Source: an uncultured Planctomycetales bacterium
Lineage (GTDB): Bacteria; Omnitrophota; Gorgyraeia; Zapsychrales; JANLHA01
Assembly (NCBI GenBank): GCA_964450385.1
Contig: CAYVEC010000008.1
Location: 3,835 to 67,834 of the forward strand
Length of the DNA: 64,000 nt
Reading direction: 5' to 3'
Shown here piece after piece: positions 51,390-61,804 of the stretch. Below the pieces are notes generated by a model. It did not search any database. It was not told the origin of the DNA and saw nothing but the letters and a program-made list of their open reading frames with translations. The position numbers and the translations under genes are program-made. The stretch's first letter is position 1; every line of letters begins with the position of its first letter.

Positions 51390-52024
51390 CAACCCATCCG
51401 GTCCTTTAAAAATTCCTCTTTTGACCGGCAGGTCAGGTAGGGGTTGCGCTGTTTTTGATGCCCGAGGGTGTCTGAAAGGGCGCGGCCGTAGCGGTGACCC
51501 GGATAAATGACGGTGTCATCCGGCAAGGGGAGGAGGACTTCATACAGAGAATAATACATCGCCTCAGGGTCACTCCCGTGGAGGTCGCAGCGGCCGCAGG
51601 CGTTGACAAAAAGGACATCGCCGGTCAAGAGGACCCGGTCGGTCAAAAAGCACATACATCCCGGCGTATGTCCGGGCGTCGCGATCGCCGTGAGCGTCAC
51701 CTGCCCGATCGGAATCGTCTCCTGATCCTTGATCCGAACAAGACGGGGCGTTGAGGGAAGATACCACGTGCCTTCGTCGGCCGAAAGCAGGACCGGAACC
51801 GATAGGCGTTCGGCGATCTCATCCGCCGCATTGATGTGGTCCGGATGCCCGTGGGTCAAGAGGACCATCACGATCGAAACCTCCTCCTCAGCAGCGGTCT
51901 TGAGGAGCAGGTCCGGATCCCAGGCCGGGTCTACGACCGCGACCTCGCGGGCCTGATCACAGCCGATCAGATATTGAAAGTTCTGCATCGGCCCGATCTC
52001 CATTTGTTTTAAAAAAAGCCCCAT
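51386..52024 (-). CDS. MBL-fold metallo-hydrolase (glyoxalase II-like)
   Basis: LLTHGHPDH and ATPGHTPG motifs. The start is chosen at the ATG that has a GAAAGG SD; the ORF track extends it to 52045. Confidence 0.65.
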   Translation of the reverse strand: MGLFLKQMEIGPMQNFQYLIGCDQAREVAVVDPAWDPDLLLKTAAEEEVSIVMVLLTHGHPDHINAADEIAERLSVPVLLSADEGTWYLPSTPRLVRIKDQETIPIGQVTLTAIATPGHTPGCMCFLTDRVLLTGDVLFVNACGRCDLHGSDPEAMYYSLYEVLLPLPDDTVIYPGHRYGRALSDTLGHQKQRNPYLTCRSKEEFLKDRMGC

Positions 52025-52041
52025 GGTCATCCTTTCGTTGA

Positions 52042-53835
<1,794 letters not shown>

Positions 53836-53853
53836 ACTCTTTATACTAATCCT

Positions 53854-55968
53854 ATGTTACAGATCACCGCCTTCTTTAAGCGCTGTGCCCTGATTCAGGA
53901 GATCCCAATCTTCAGCCGGCGGAACTGGCTTGACATCCACCGGATCGCGACCCACGCACACCTGCGCCACTACAAAAAAGGACAGATCGTCTACCGCCAC
54001 GGCGAACAGCCGAGCGATTTTTTTTGTGTGATCTCGGGCCGTATCCAAGGCTACACCCTCGACGATGCGGGAAATAAGATCGATGTGGAATTTTTTCGCC
54101 GCGGGATGTATTTCGGCATCGTCTCGCTTCTCACCGGAAAACCCCATTCGATGACTATGGCCGCGGTCAATGACTCAACGGTCCTGCGCATCGAGAAAGA
54201 CGACTTTCATTCCCTGCTGAAAAGCATCCCCCAGCTCGGCGTAGAATTCAGCCAAAACCTCTCCCAGCGAATCCATCAGCGCATCGCCAAAAAACGCAGT
54301 CTTGACCAGCATGTGATCCTCGCCGTCTACGGCCCGACACGGGGGGCCGGAAGTTCGACCTACGCCTTTCACCTGGCCCTGGCCTTAAAACAACAAACCC
54401 ATCATGAGGTCGTCTTTGTCCGGATCGGCCCGCCGACCCAGGCCGCGTCTGCCTCGCTTGATCCGGAACATATGGCCGGCGCGTCCCCGCAGTGGATCGC
54501 CCCGGGTCTTAATATGGAAACTCTGCTCCGGGGCCCGGACCGCCTTCAGCAGTCGATCATCCGTTCTGACCTTGGTATCAGTCTCCTCAATGTCGAGGTC
54601 ACGGCCGATCATATGAATCTTGTGTCGCATATCAGCGAATTCGTCACGACCCTGATCATGGAGTACACCTTTGTCATCCTCGACCTGCCCACGGAGATCG
54701 ACCGGCTCATCCTTAAGACCCTGACCCAGTCCGACCATATTCACCTGATCGCGCGCGACCGGCCTGACGAACTCCGGGCCATCCAGGAGGTCCTGACCTC
54801 GCTTGAAGAACAGCAGCGTGAAAAGTTCGATCCTGAACGGGTCAAAGTCCTCATCAGCGGACAGCCGACCGCCCCGGACATGAACCGGTCCCAGATCCAT
54901 GAGATCATTGATTATGACATTTATAAACGCCTCTCCCATATTGACCCCCGGGACCTCACCTCGGAACAGGAATGCCACCATGCCCTGCGCGTGGCCATCC
55001 CGCCGGAGACGAGCCGGTTTGCCCATGACGTCCGCCGAATCGCCCGTGAGATCGGCGGCGTCCAAGTCGGCCTTGTGCTCGGCGGAGGGGCGGCGCTCGG
55101 CATCGCCCATATCGGGATCCTCCAGGTCTTTGAGCGTGAACACATCCCGCTCGATATCGTAGCCGGCTCAAGTATGGGGGCCCTCATCGCGAGTCTGTGG
55201 GCAAGCGGATATACCGCGAATGACCTCGCATCGATCGCCGGTCAATTTAGGGACCAGCGGTCGCTCCTCAAACTCTTTGATCCCGTGATCCCGGTATCGG
55301 GCGTCATGGGCGGCCGGTTCATCAAACGATGGCTCGGCCGGTACCTAAGCAACCGCTCGTTTGAAGAGACCTGGCTGCCGCTCAAGATCGTGGCCTATGA
55401 CCTGATGTCGCGTCAGGAACTCGTCTACAATGACGGCGACCTCCTGAGCGCGGTCCGAAAAAGCATCTCCATCCCCGGTATCTTTGAGCCGGTCCTTGAG
55501 GACGACCGGGTCATTATCGATGGAGGGGTCCTCAACCCTGTTCCGGCGAATGTCCTCAGGGCCGAAGGGATCAACCGGATTATCGCGGTCAATGTCCTTC
55601 AATCACCCGCCGAAGTCGTCCGTGGGATCGAGACACGAAAGACCCTTATGGAGTCGCAGCAGCGCGTTCCCTTTCATGAATCCCCAATGGGTTTCCTGAA
55701 GTACCGCCTCGCGCGCGGGATCCAACGTCATTCGAAACCAACGATCTCAAACATCATGGTCCGAACTCTTCTGGCCACGGAATATGAACTCGCCGAACGC
55801 AGCATGCAGCATGTCGACATCGCGATCCACCCGGACCTCACAGGCATCAATTGGTACGAACTCTACCGGGTCGACGACCTTATTGCACGAGGGGTCGAGG
55901 CCGCAGAAAAGGCCCTGCCGGACATCCGCGCCCTTGCCGGCGCGCACGATCCGGCCCCGCACCCATGA
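53854..55968 (+). CDS. three-domain protein: cyclic-nucleotide-binding (CAP-like) domain, degenerate MinD/ParA/CpaE-like domain, patatin-like phospholipase domain
   Basis: cNMP: GQIVYRHGEQPSDFFCVISGRI. ParA-like: VILAVYGPTRGAGSSTYAFHLALAL...FVILDLP. Patatin: GLVLGGGAALGIAHIG, AGSSMGA (GxSxG), IIDGGV (DGG). Confidence 0.7.
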   Translation: MLQITAFFKRCALIQEIPIFSRRNWLDIHRIATHAHLRHYKKGQIVYRHGEQPSDFFCVISGRIQGYTLDDAGNKIDVEFFRRGMYFGIVSLLTGKPHSMTMAAVNDSTVLRIEKDDFHSLLKSIPQLGVEFSQNLSQRIHQRIAKKRSLDQHVILAVYGPTRGAGSSTYAFHLALALKQQTHHEVVFVRIGPPTQAASASLDPEHMAGASPQWIAPGLNMETLLRGPDRLQQSIIRSDLGISLLNVEVTADHMNLVSHISEFVTTLIMEYTFVILDLPTEIDRLILKTLTQSDHIHLIARDRPDELRAIQEVLTSLEEQQREKFDPERVKVLISGQPTAPDMNRSQIHEIIDYDIYKRLSHIDPRDLTSEQECHHALRVAIPPETSRFAHDVRRIAREIGGVQVGLVLGGGAALGIAHIGILQVFEREHIPLDIVAGSSMGALIASLWASGYTANDLASIAGQFRDQRSLLKLFDPVIPVSGVMGGRFIKRWLGRYLSNRSFEETWLPLKIVAYDLMSRQELVYNDGDLLSAVRKSISIPGIFEPVLEDDRVIIDGGVLNPVPANVLRAEGINRIIAVNVLQSPAEVVRGIETRKTLMESQQRVPFHESPMGFLKYRLARGIQRHSKPTISNIMVRTLLATEYELAERSMQHVDIAIHPDLTGINWYELYRVDDLIARGVEAAEKALPDIRALAGAHDPAPHP

Positions 55969-57089
55969 GCACACACCGTTCCCCCACAACCCGTCACCAT
56001 CCGATCACCGATCCGCCACGGATCGTGTCGGGCAAGGGGTCTCGGCTCTCGGACGCCGATGGCCGTGATTATATCGATTTCACCCTGAATCATGGATCGC
56101 TGATCCTCGGACATGCCCACCGGAATGTAATCCTTGCCTTAAAAAAACACCTTGAACGCGGAACCGGCTTCGGGATCAGCAACCCTGCTGAGATCTATCT
56201 CATCCGCCAGATCAGGACTGTATTCCAAGACGCGGAGGACGCCGTCTTTGTCACCGCACCAAGCCAGGCATTAAGCGCATGCCTTCAACGCGCGCGAGAA
56301 CACACCGGCCGCGACATGATCCTCACGAACCGGCCCTATCCAATCAATGGATGTGTGACGACTCAGCCAAATGACCCTGCGGTGTTAACCCGAACGATCC
56401 AGCAAAACAAAAACCGGATCGCAGGGATCCTGCTCGACCCATTAATCACAGACGAGGAGGGACTCACCTCGATCGATGAATCCTTTCTCCGCACGGCCCG
56501 GGACCTTGCGGACGCGCACGGCGCGCTCCTGATCCTGGATGAAAGCCTCCGAGGATTTCGTTCCGGTGCCTGTCACCCGTCTCCCGCTGATGTGTGTGTC
56601 CTTGCCGGCATTATGAGCGCGGGCCTGCCCCTTGCGGGAGTCATCGGGCGCCGCGACCACATCACGGCGATCCGTACGACTCTGCCGAACCGCGAGCGCC
56701 ACATCACCCCGGCGATTCTGCGCGCGAGCCTCATGACGCTCAAACTCCTTGACGAACGGCTTTACCGAGGCCTTGAAGAACGTGCCGACGCGCTTGAGGC
56801 ATCGCTCGCGGCCGCTCTCCGCAACCACGCACCTCACATCGGTCTCGACCGATGGCACGCGATGATGATGTTGACCCCAGCGACAGAGTCTGCAGGCAAA
56901 GGACCCCTCGCTCTGCTACGCCTTTATCCCGAGCTCCGCTCGTTTCTATTGCACGAAGGGATCGTGTTCCCGGAAACGTACCCGAGTGCGTTTTTCCTTT
57001 CGATCATGCACACAAAAAAAGATATCGAAAGATTATCGACAGCAGTTCATCAATTCTTTAAAATGTCAAACGGCAAAACCGGATCATGA
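55965..57089 (+). CDS. class-III aminotransferase-fold protein, HemL (glutamate-1-semialdehyde aminomutase)-like but shortened
   Basis: GSRLSDADGRDYIDFTLNHGSLILGHAH, GALLILDESLRGFR and IGRRD align to HemL. ATGA overlap with the upstream gene. Confidence 0.6.
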   Translation: MSTHRSPTTRHHPITDPPRIVSGKGSRLSDADGRDYIDFTLNHGSLILGHAHRNVILALKKHLERGTGFGISNPAEIYLIRQIRTVFQDAEDAVFVTAPSQALSACLQRAREHTGRDMILTNRPYPINGCVTTQPNDPAVLTRTIQQNKNRIAGILLDPLITDEEGLTSIDESFLRTARDLADAHGALLILDESLRGFRSGACHPSPADVCVLAGIMSAGLPLAGVIGRRDHITAIRTTLPNRERHITPAILRASLMTLKLLDERLYRGLEERADALEASLAAALRNHAPHIGLDRWHAMMMLTPATESAGKGPLALLRLYPELRSFLLHEGIVFPETYPSAFFLSIMHTKKDIERLSTAVHQFFKMSNGKTGS

Positions 57090-57460
57090 GAAGGGACGAC
57101 ATTATGTACGAAAACGACACCTTTGTTGAACGGCCCTGGGGCCGATATTTCAAGCTCTACCAAGAGGCCGGGGTCTGGGTCAAACGCGTTGAGGTTGTAC
57201 CCGGAGGCCGACTGAGCCTTCAGACGCATAACGCCCGATCGGAAAAATGGATCATCGTCCGCGGCACGGGCACGGCCATAGTGAACGGCAAAGATTTTCC
57301 ACTCGGCCCGGGCTCGATCATCGATATCCCGGTCCACAGCGAGCACCGCATCAGCAATACAGGTGAAACGAGCCTGATCTTTATCGAGGTTGCCTGCGGC
57401 GAGTATCTTGGTGAAGATGACATTACCCGGCTTCAGGATGACTACACACGTAACGGATAA
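57086..57460 (+). CDS. cupin-2 domain protein (mannose-6-phosphate isomerase C-terminal-like)
   Basis: LSLQTHNARSEKWIIVRGTG...HRISNTGE. Confidence 0.65.
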   Translation: MRRDDIMYENDTFVERPWGRYFKLYQEAGVWVKRVEVVPGGRLSLQTHNARSEKWIIVRGTGTAIVNGKDFPLGPGSIIDIPVHSEHRISNTGETSLIFIEVACGEYLGEDDITRLQDDYTRNG

Positions 57461-57474
57461 CGACGGGGTGAATC

Positions 57475-57675
57475 ATGGAACGGATATTACGAGGGATCGC
57501 AGGCGCCTGTATTCTACTCAGTCTGCTGCTTGCCTATTATCTTCATCGGAACTGGCTGTGGTTCACGGCCTTCGTGGGGCTCAATCTCTTTCAATCCGCG
57601 TTTACTAATTGGTGCCCGATGATGACGATCCTAAAAAAGTTCGGCATCCGCTCGGGATGTGGTCCCGCCAGATAG
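57475..57675 (+). CDS. DUF2892 (YgaP-like) small two-TM membrane protein
   Basis: RGIAGACILLSLLLAYY...FVGLNLFQSAFTNWCPMMTILKKFG. Confidence 0.6.
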   Translation: MERILRGIAGACILLSLLLAYYLHRNWLWFTAFVGLNLFQSAFTNWCPMMTILKKFGIRSGCGPAR

Positions 57676-57718
57676 CGGAGCCGCGCAGACTCACCGGCCA
57701 TGCGCGCTGTGCGGTTGA

Positions 57719-59137
57719 TCAGACTTTTCTAAGATGACTCGGAAGAATATTGAGCTGCTGACGGTATTTAGAGATCGTGCGCCGGGCCACACTGATCCCG
57801 CGCTGGGCAAGAAGGGTAATGATCTCCTGATCGGACAAGGGATGGCGCCGGTCTTCCTGCGCGACCAATTCCTGGATCTCTTCCTTAATACTGCGGTTAG
57901 AAACCTGCAGGCCCGTGCTGGCCGATGTCTCTCCGATCCCCTGTGAAAAGAAATACTTTAAGGGGAGGATCCCCTGAGGGGTATCCATGTATTTATGTTG
58001 GATCGCACGGCAGATCGTTGACTCGTTCCGCCCTAAGGCGTCAGCTACGTCGCTCAATTTCATCGGCGAGAGGGCCCAATGGCCGTGCGTAAAAAATCCC
58101 TGCTGTTTATCAAGGATAAAATCAGCGATCTGCTTAAGGGTTGTTCCCCGAAGCTCAATGCTCTTAATAAACTGGATCGCCTGGGTAAGGCGTTCACGGA
58201 TGAAAGTCTTTTCCGCAGGGCTTAGGGTATTCTGTTTTAACAAGGCGCGATAAAGGGCGTTCACCCGCAAGCGGGGGATGCCGTGCTGGTTGACCTCAGC
58301 GCGCCAGGCATCGTCACCAGCGTCAGTGTCACGGACAACAGAAATGTCGGGTCTCACATAATGATTGGGGGGAAGCGGCCGGAAATTCCGTGCGGGTTTA
58401 GGTTCAAGCGCCCCTATAAGCTGAGCGCTCTCGCGCACACTATCCACCGAGACCCCGAGCCCGCGGGCAATATCCATGAACCGTTTATGACCAAGGGCAT
58501 CTAAATATCCTTCGATGATCCGGACCGCGAGGGCCGCATGACCGTTAAATTTTACCCGCGCCTGGACAAGGAGACACTCTTTGAGGGAACGGGCCGCGAT
58601 CCCAGGCGGGTCATAGGTCTGGATCTTTTTAAGGACCTCTTCCACGCGTGAGGGGTCGACACCACCCGCGAGAACCGCGATCTCTTCCGCGTCCATCGTT
58701 AAATAGCCATCCTCATTAAGGTCGCCGATGATCAGTTCCCCGATCCTGATGCTCACAGGATCTCTAAAATCTGTGTGGAGTTGGCAGATCAACCGGTCTT
58801 CTAGCGAACTATCACTCTCAAGATAATGTTCCATATGGTCCGTGACCTCATCGGCCGACCCAAAATAGGGGTGTTCCGGACCGTCCATGAGCCGATCAAT
58901 TTCGTGTTGAAGGGTCTCGTCAAAAATCTTGCCGTCTATACTGTCTTCAGGGCCGAGCGCCCGCGCATCTTCATCCTGAGCGGGTTCAGCGACCTCAAGC
59001 AGGGGATTCGTCTCCAATTCTTGGTCGATCGTCTGTTCAAGCTCAAGAAGCGGGAGCATGAGGACTTCCATACTCTGCTGCATAAGGGGGGCTAAGATCT
59101 GTTTCTGAACCTGAACTTGCGTTTGTGCGAGTTTCAT
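57719..59137 (-). CDS. rpoN: RNA polymerase sigma-54 factor
   Basis: C-terminal RpoN box ARRTISKYRQQL. HTH and core-binding regions. Confidence 0.9.
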   Translation of the reverse strand: MKLAQTQVQVQKQILAPLMQQSMEVLMLPLLELEQTIDQELETNPLLEVAEPAQDEDARALGPEDSIDGKIFDETLQHEIDRLMDGPEHPYFGSADEVTDHMEHYLESDSSLEDRLICQLHTDFRDPVSIRIGELIIGDLNEDGYLTMDAEEIAVLAGGVDPSRVEEVLKKIQTYDPPGIAARSLKECLLVQARVKFNGHAALAVRIIEGYLDALGHKRFMDIARGLGVSVDSVRESAQLIGALEPKPARNFRPLPPNHYVRPDISVVRDTDAGDDAWRAEVNQHGIPRLRVNALYRALLKQNTLSPAEKTFIRERLTQAIQFIKSIELRGTTLKQIADFILDKQQGFFTHGHWALSPMKLSDVADALGRNESTICRAIQHKYMDTPQGILPLKYFFSQGIGETSASTGLQVSNRSIKEEIQELVAQEDRRHPLSDQEIITLLAQRGISVARRTISKYRQQLNILPSHLRKV

Positions 59138-59421
59138 AAGCCGATCCGTTAACGGTTCCCTTTAATGGGTTCGGTGACACGCAAAAAGTATACCATATCT
59201 GAAATCTAATTGCCAAGATTAGGCGGGTTGAGAAATATTAAAAAACTCAAAAAAAGAAAATTTTTGCTCTATATTTTTTCGCACTTGTTTTCATAATTTA
59301 ACACTTTTTTTCTGTGATGTTGTGATGTTAAAGGTAGGGATGGATTCATTGAAGAATCCTTGGCGACATTAAAAATTTTTTTAATTTTTTTGTGGGTTTA
59401 CCAGGACAGTATCGGACAGTC

Positions 59422-59441
59422 ATGTTTATTCAAATAAACAT
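59422..59441 (+). promoter_or_regulatory. 20-bp perfect palindrome ATGTTTATTCAAATAAACAT (ATGTTTA-N6-TAAACAT), candidate enhancer
   Basis: Same half-sites and spacing as 9273-9292. About 100 bp upstream of the sigma-54 promoter at 59540. Confidence 0.5.
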
Positions 59442-59539
59442 TCACCACGACATGTACATTCAGTGATTGACAAACCCGGCAAAAAATGACAAAATTTTGA
59501 AAACTGAATCAATTTAACACGTTTAAAAGACACGGTCAT

Positions 59540-59554
59540 TGGCACAGCCTTTGC
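59540..59554 (+). promoter_or_regulatory. sigma-54 promoter TGGCAC-N5-TTGC (perfect -24/-12 consensus)
   Basis: TGGCACAGCCTTTGC. About 100 nt upstream of the GTG at 59654. Confidence 0.65.
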
Positions 59555-59653
59555 TCTTCCTCACTAAGTACACCCGAAGTCCAAATGCGCGGACTCGCGG
59601 GACTTTAAAGGAAGGTAGCAGGCCCCGGGCCTGCAGAACGCAAGGAGGCGGCC

Positions 59654-59848
59654 GTGTTAAACATCAAAGAGCGCATGACGATCACGGAAGTGGCGGATTC
59701 GGTCGGAGTCACCCCGAAGACCCTCACCCGGTGGGAAAAGAACGGGAAGATCCGTAAACCAAAAAGAGATTGGCGTGGCTGGCGGGTGTACAGTACTGAT
59801 GACCTGAGCGAGATCAAAGAATTCCACGACACCCTGCAGGAAATTTGA
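59654..59848 (+). CDS. small excisionase/MerR-superfamily HTH DNA-binding protein (64 aa)
   Basis: SD AAGGAGG, GTG start. MTITEVADSVGVTPKTLTRWEKNGKIRKPKRDWRGWRVY matches the excisionase-family HTH pattern. Confidence 0.5.
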   Translation: MLNIKERMTITEVADSVGVTPKTLTRWEKNGKIRKPKRDWRGWRVYSTDDLSEIKEFHDTLQEI

Positions 59849-59887
59849 CGTCCCCGACGACGGGAACGAAACCCAAGGAGTTTTATC

Positions 59888-60847
59888 ATGGACGCCTGTA
59901 CCACGATCGGCCTCATCTCAAATTCCCTTTATCCTGAGAACGATTCAGCCCGAACCCCAGGGCTTCATAGGAATCCACTATCAATACGGCGGACGACCTT
60001 TGCCCGTCAGTGTACCGTCCTGACCTGCGCAGGGCTTCTATTCATCGGACTCGCGACGAGTGTGAGCGCCCAAAATTTTGCGAATTGGACCCCGGCTCAG
60101 ACATCCGAGACCCCGGCGCAACAGGCCCCAGCCCCCGCCGCCGCGGAGCCGGCAGACCTGACGCCGGAGGAGATCCAATCCCTGGTCCAGTCCGACCTAA
60201 TCGCCACCCAAGAACAGGCCAAACGCCTGGCCGGAGGCGAGGAGGGCCTGAGCACCTATACCCTGGGCGCAACCGACGTTATCGAGATCAAGGTCATGCG
60301 TCATCCTGAGGTGAGCGGCGAGTACCCGATCAACCAGGAGGGAAAGATCCAATACGAATTCGTGGGTGACATCATGATCAGCGGCCTTACCAAGGACCAG
60401 GCCGAAGACACCATCCGACAGGCCCTCACAGAATATATCGTGGCCCCCGAGGTCACGGTCAAGATCGCTCAGTACAACAGCAAGGTCGTTTATGTGGTTG
60501 GTGAGGTCTACAACCCAGGCAAAATATTTATGCGCGGGGACACGATCACCGTGCGTGAGGCCTTAGTCCAGGCCGGGCTGCCGCGACTGACCGGCATCAC
60601 GAAGAAGAGCCATCTCATCACCCCGTCGACAATCGAGAAGCCGGAAAAGCGTTTTATCAATGTCTACGCCCTCATCTACGAGGGGGACCTCCGGCAGAAC
60701 GAGACCATGAAACCGGGCGATGTGCTCTATATTCCCCCGACCCTGCTCACCCGAACGATGCGCGCGATCTCGCCGATCACCGCGCCGATCGGACAGGCAG
60801 CCGGGGCCAGAACAGGTGTTGATACGATCGGGACCGGGAATCAGTAA
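59888..60847 (+). CDS. polysaccharide export protein (Wza/EpsE-like; Poly_export + SLBB)
   Basis: YTLGATDVIEIKVMRHPEVSGEYPINQEGKIQYEFVGDIMISGLT and VYVVGEVYNPG. Confidence 0.75.
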   Translation: MDACTTIGLISNSLYPENDSARTPGLHRNPLSIRRTTFARQCTVLTCAGLLFIGLATSVSAQNFANWTPAQTSETPAQQAPAPAAAEPADLTPEEIQSLVQSDLIATQEQAKRLAGGEEGLSTYTLGATDVIEIKVMRHPEVSGEYPINQEGKIQYEFVGDIMISGLTKDQAEDTIRQALTEYIVAPEVTVKIAQYNSKVVYVVGEVYNPGKIFMRGDTITVREALVQAGLPRLTGITKKSHLITPSTIEKPEKRFINVYALIYEGDLRQNETMKPGDVLYIPPTLLTRTMRAISPITAPIGQAAGARTGVDTIGTGNQ

Positions 60848-60915
60848 CCGTCCAGGTCCTAAAAAACCGCCCCCCGCGGGGCAAGGGACGACAAGAAGGC
60901 AAGGGACAATCGATT

Positions 60916-61782
60916 ATGTATAAAGCATTCTATGGCTTTACCGACAATCCGTTTACCCTGACCCCGAACTCACGCTTCTTCTTCAACAGCGACCGCCACC
61001 GGGAAGCCTTAAGTGTCCTGCTCTACGCAATCCAGCAGCGCAAGGGCTTTGTCGTGCTCACCGGTGACATTGGTGCGGGCAAGACCACGGTCTGCCGAAC
61101 GCTTTTAAACAATCTGGACCCGAACACCGCAACGGCCCTGATTACCAACACCCATATCAGCGGCAAGGATCTCCTGATCTCGATCCTCGATGAGCTCGGC
61201 GTCGCCTACGCCCCGGGCTCCAAGGCCCGGCTCCTGAACGCGCTCAACATGCACCTCATCGACTGCCTCCGGAACAATAAAAATGTAGTGCTCATTATCG
61301 ATGAGGCCCAAAACCTGACCCCCTCAGTATTAGAGGAAGTCCGCATGATCTCGAATCTCGAGACCGAGAATGAAAAGCTCATCCAGATCATTTTCCTCGG
61401 CCAGCCCGAGCTCAAACAAAAGCTCGCCCTGCCGCGGCTCGAACAGCTCCGGCAGCGCATTGCCCTGTATTTTCACCTGACCCCACTCTCGCGGACCGAA
61501 ACCATCGACTATATCCGTCACCGCCTCGCGACAGCAAGCGGCACGGACCGGGAATACTTCACCCCCGACGCCATGGAGGCGGTCTTTGAATTCAGCGGCG
61601 GGGTCCCGCGGCTGATCAACCAGGTCTGCGACAGTGCGCTCCTGACCGGTTATATCCACGAACGCCCTCTGGTCGACCGCGGGATCATCGAGGAGACCAT
61701 CGCCGAATCCCCGGTCACCCAAATTGCGGGTCGGACGCGCAAAGTCCATATTACCGAGCAGATGCTTCAATCACCCAATTAA
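60916..61782 (+). CDS. ExeA-like AAA ATPase (PEP-CTERM/EPS-locus secretion ATPase type)
   Basis: FVVLTGDIGAGKTT Walker A and VLIIDEAQNL Walker B. Confidence 0.65.
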   Translation: MYKAFYGFTDNPFTLTPNSRFFFNSDRHREALSVLLYAIQQRKGFVVLTGDIGAGKTTVCRTLLNNLDPNTATALITNTHISGKDLLISILDELGVAYAPGSKARLLNALNMHLIDCLRNNKNVVLIIDEAQNLTPSVLEEVRMISNLETENEKLIQIIFLGQPELKQKLALPRLEQLRQRIALYFHLTPLSRTETIDYIRHRLATASGTDREYFTPDAMEAVFEFSGGVPRLINQVCDSALLTGYIHERPLVDRGIIEETIAESPVTQIAGRTRKVHITEQMLQSPN

Positions 61783-61804
61783 CCCTGGCCGAAAGGACGA
61801 CATC

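Noticed and set aside
53854-55968. Possibility that the cNMP-binding-patatin protein is a CBASS (CapV-like) anti-phage effector
   Set aside because: No CD-NTase/cyclase, E1/E2/JAB or other CBASS partner genes are adjacent. The gene is embedded in a thiC-linked metabolic-looking operon, and CapV senses cGAMP through the patatin domain, not a CAP-type cNMP domain. I treat it as a signalling lipase rather than a defence system.
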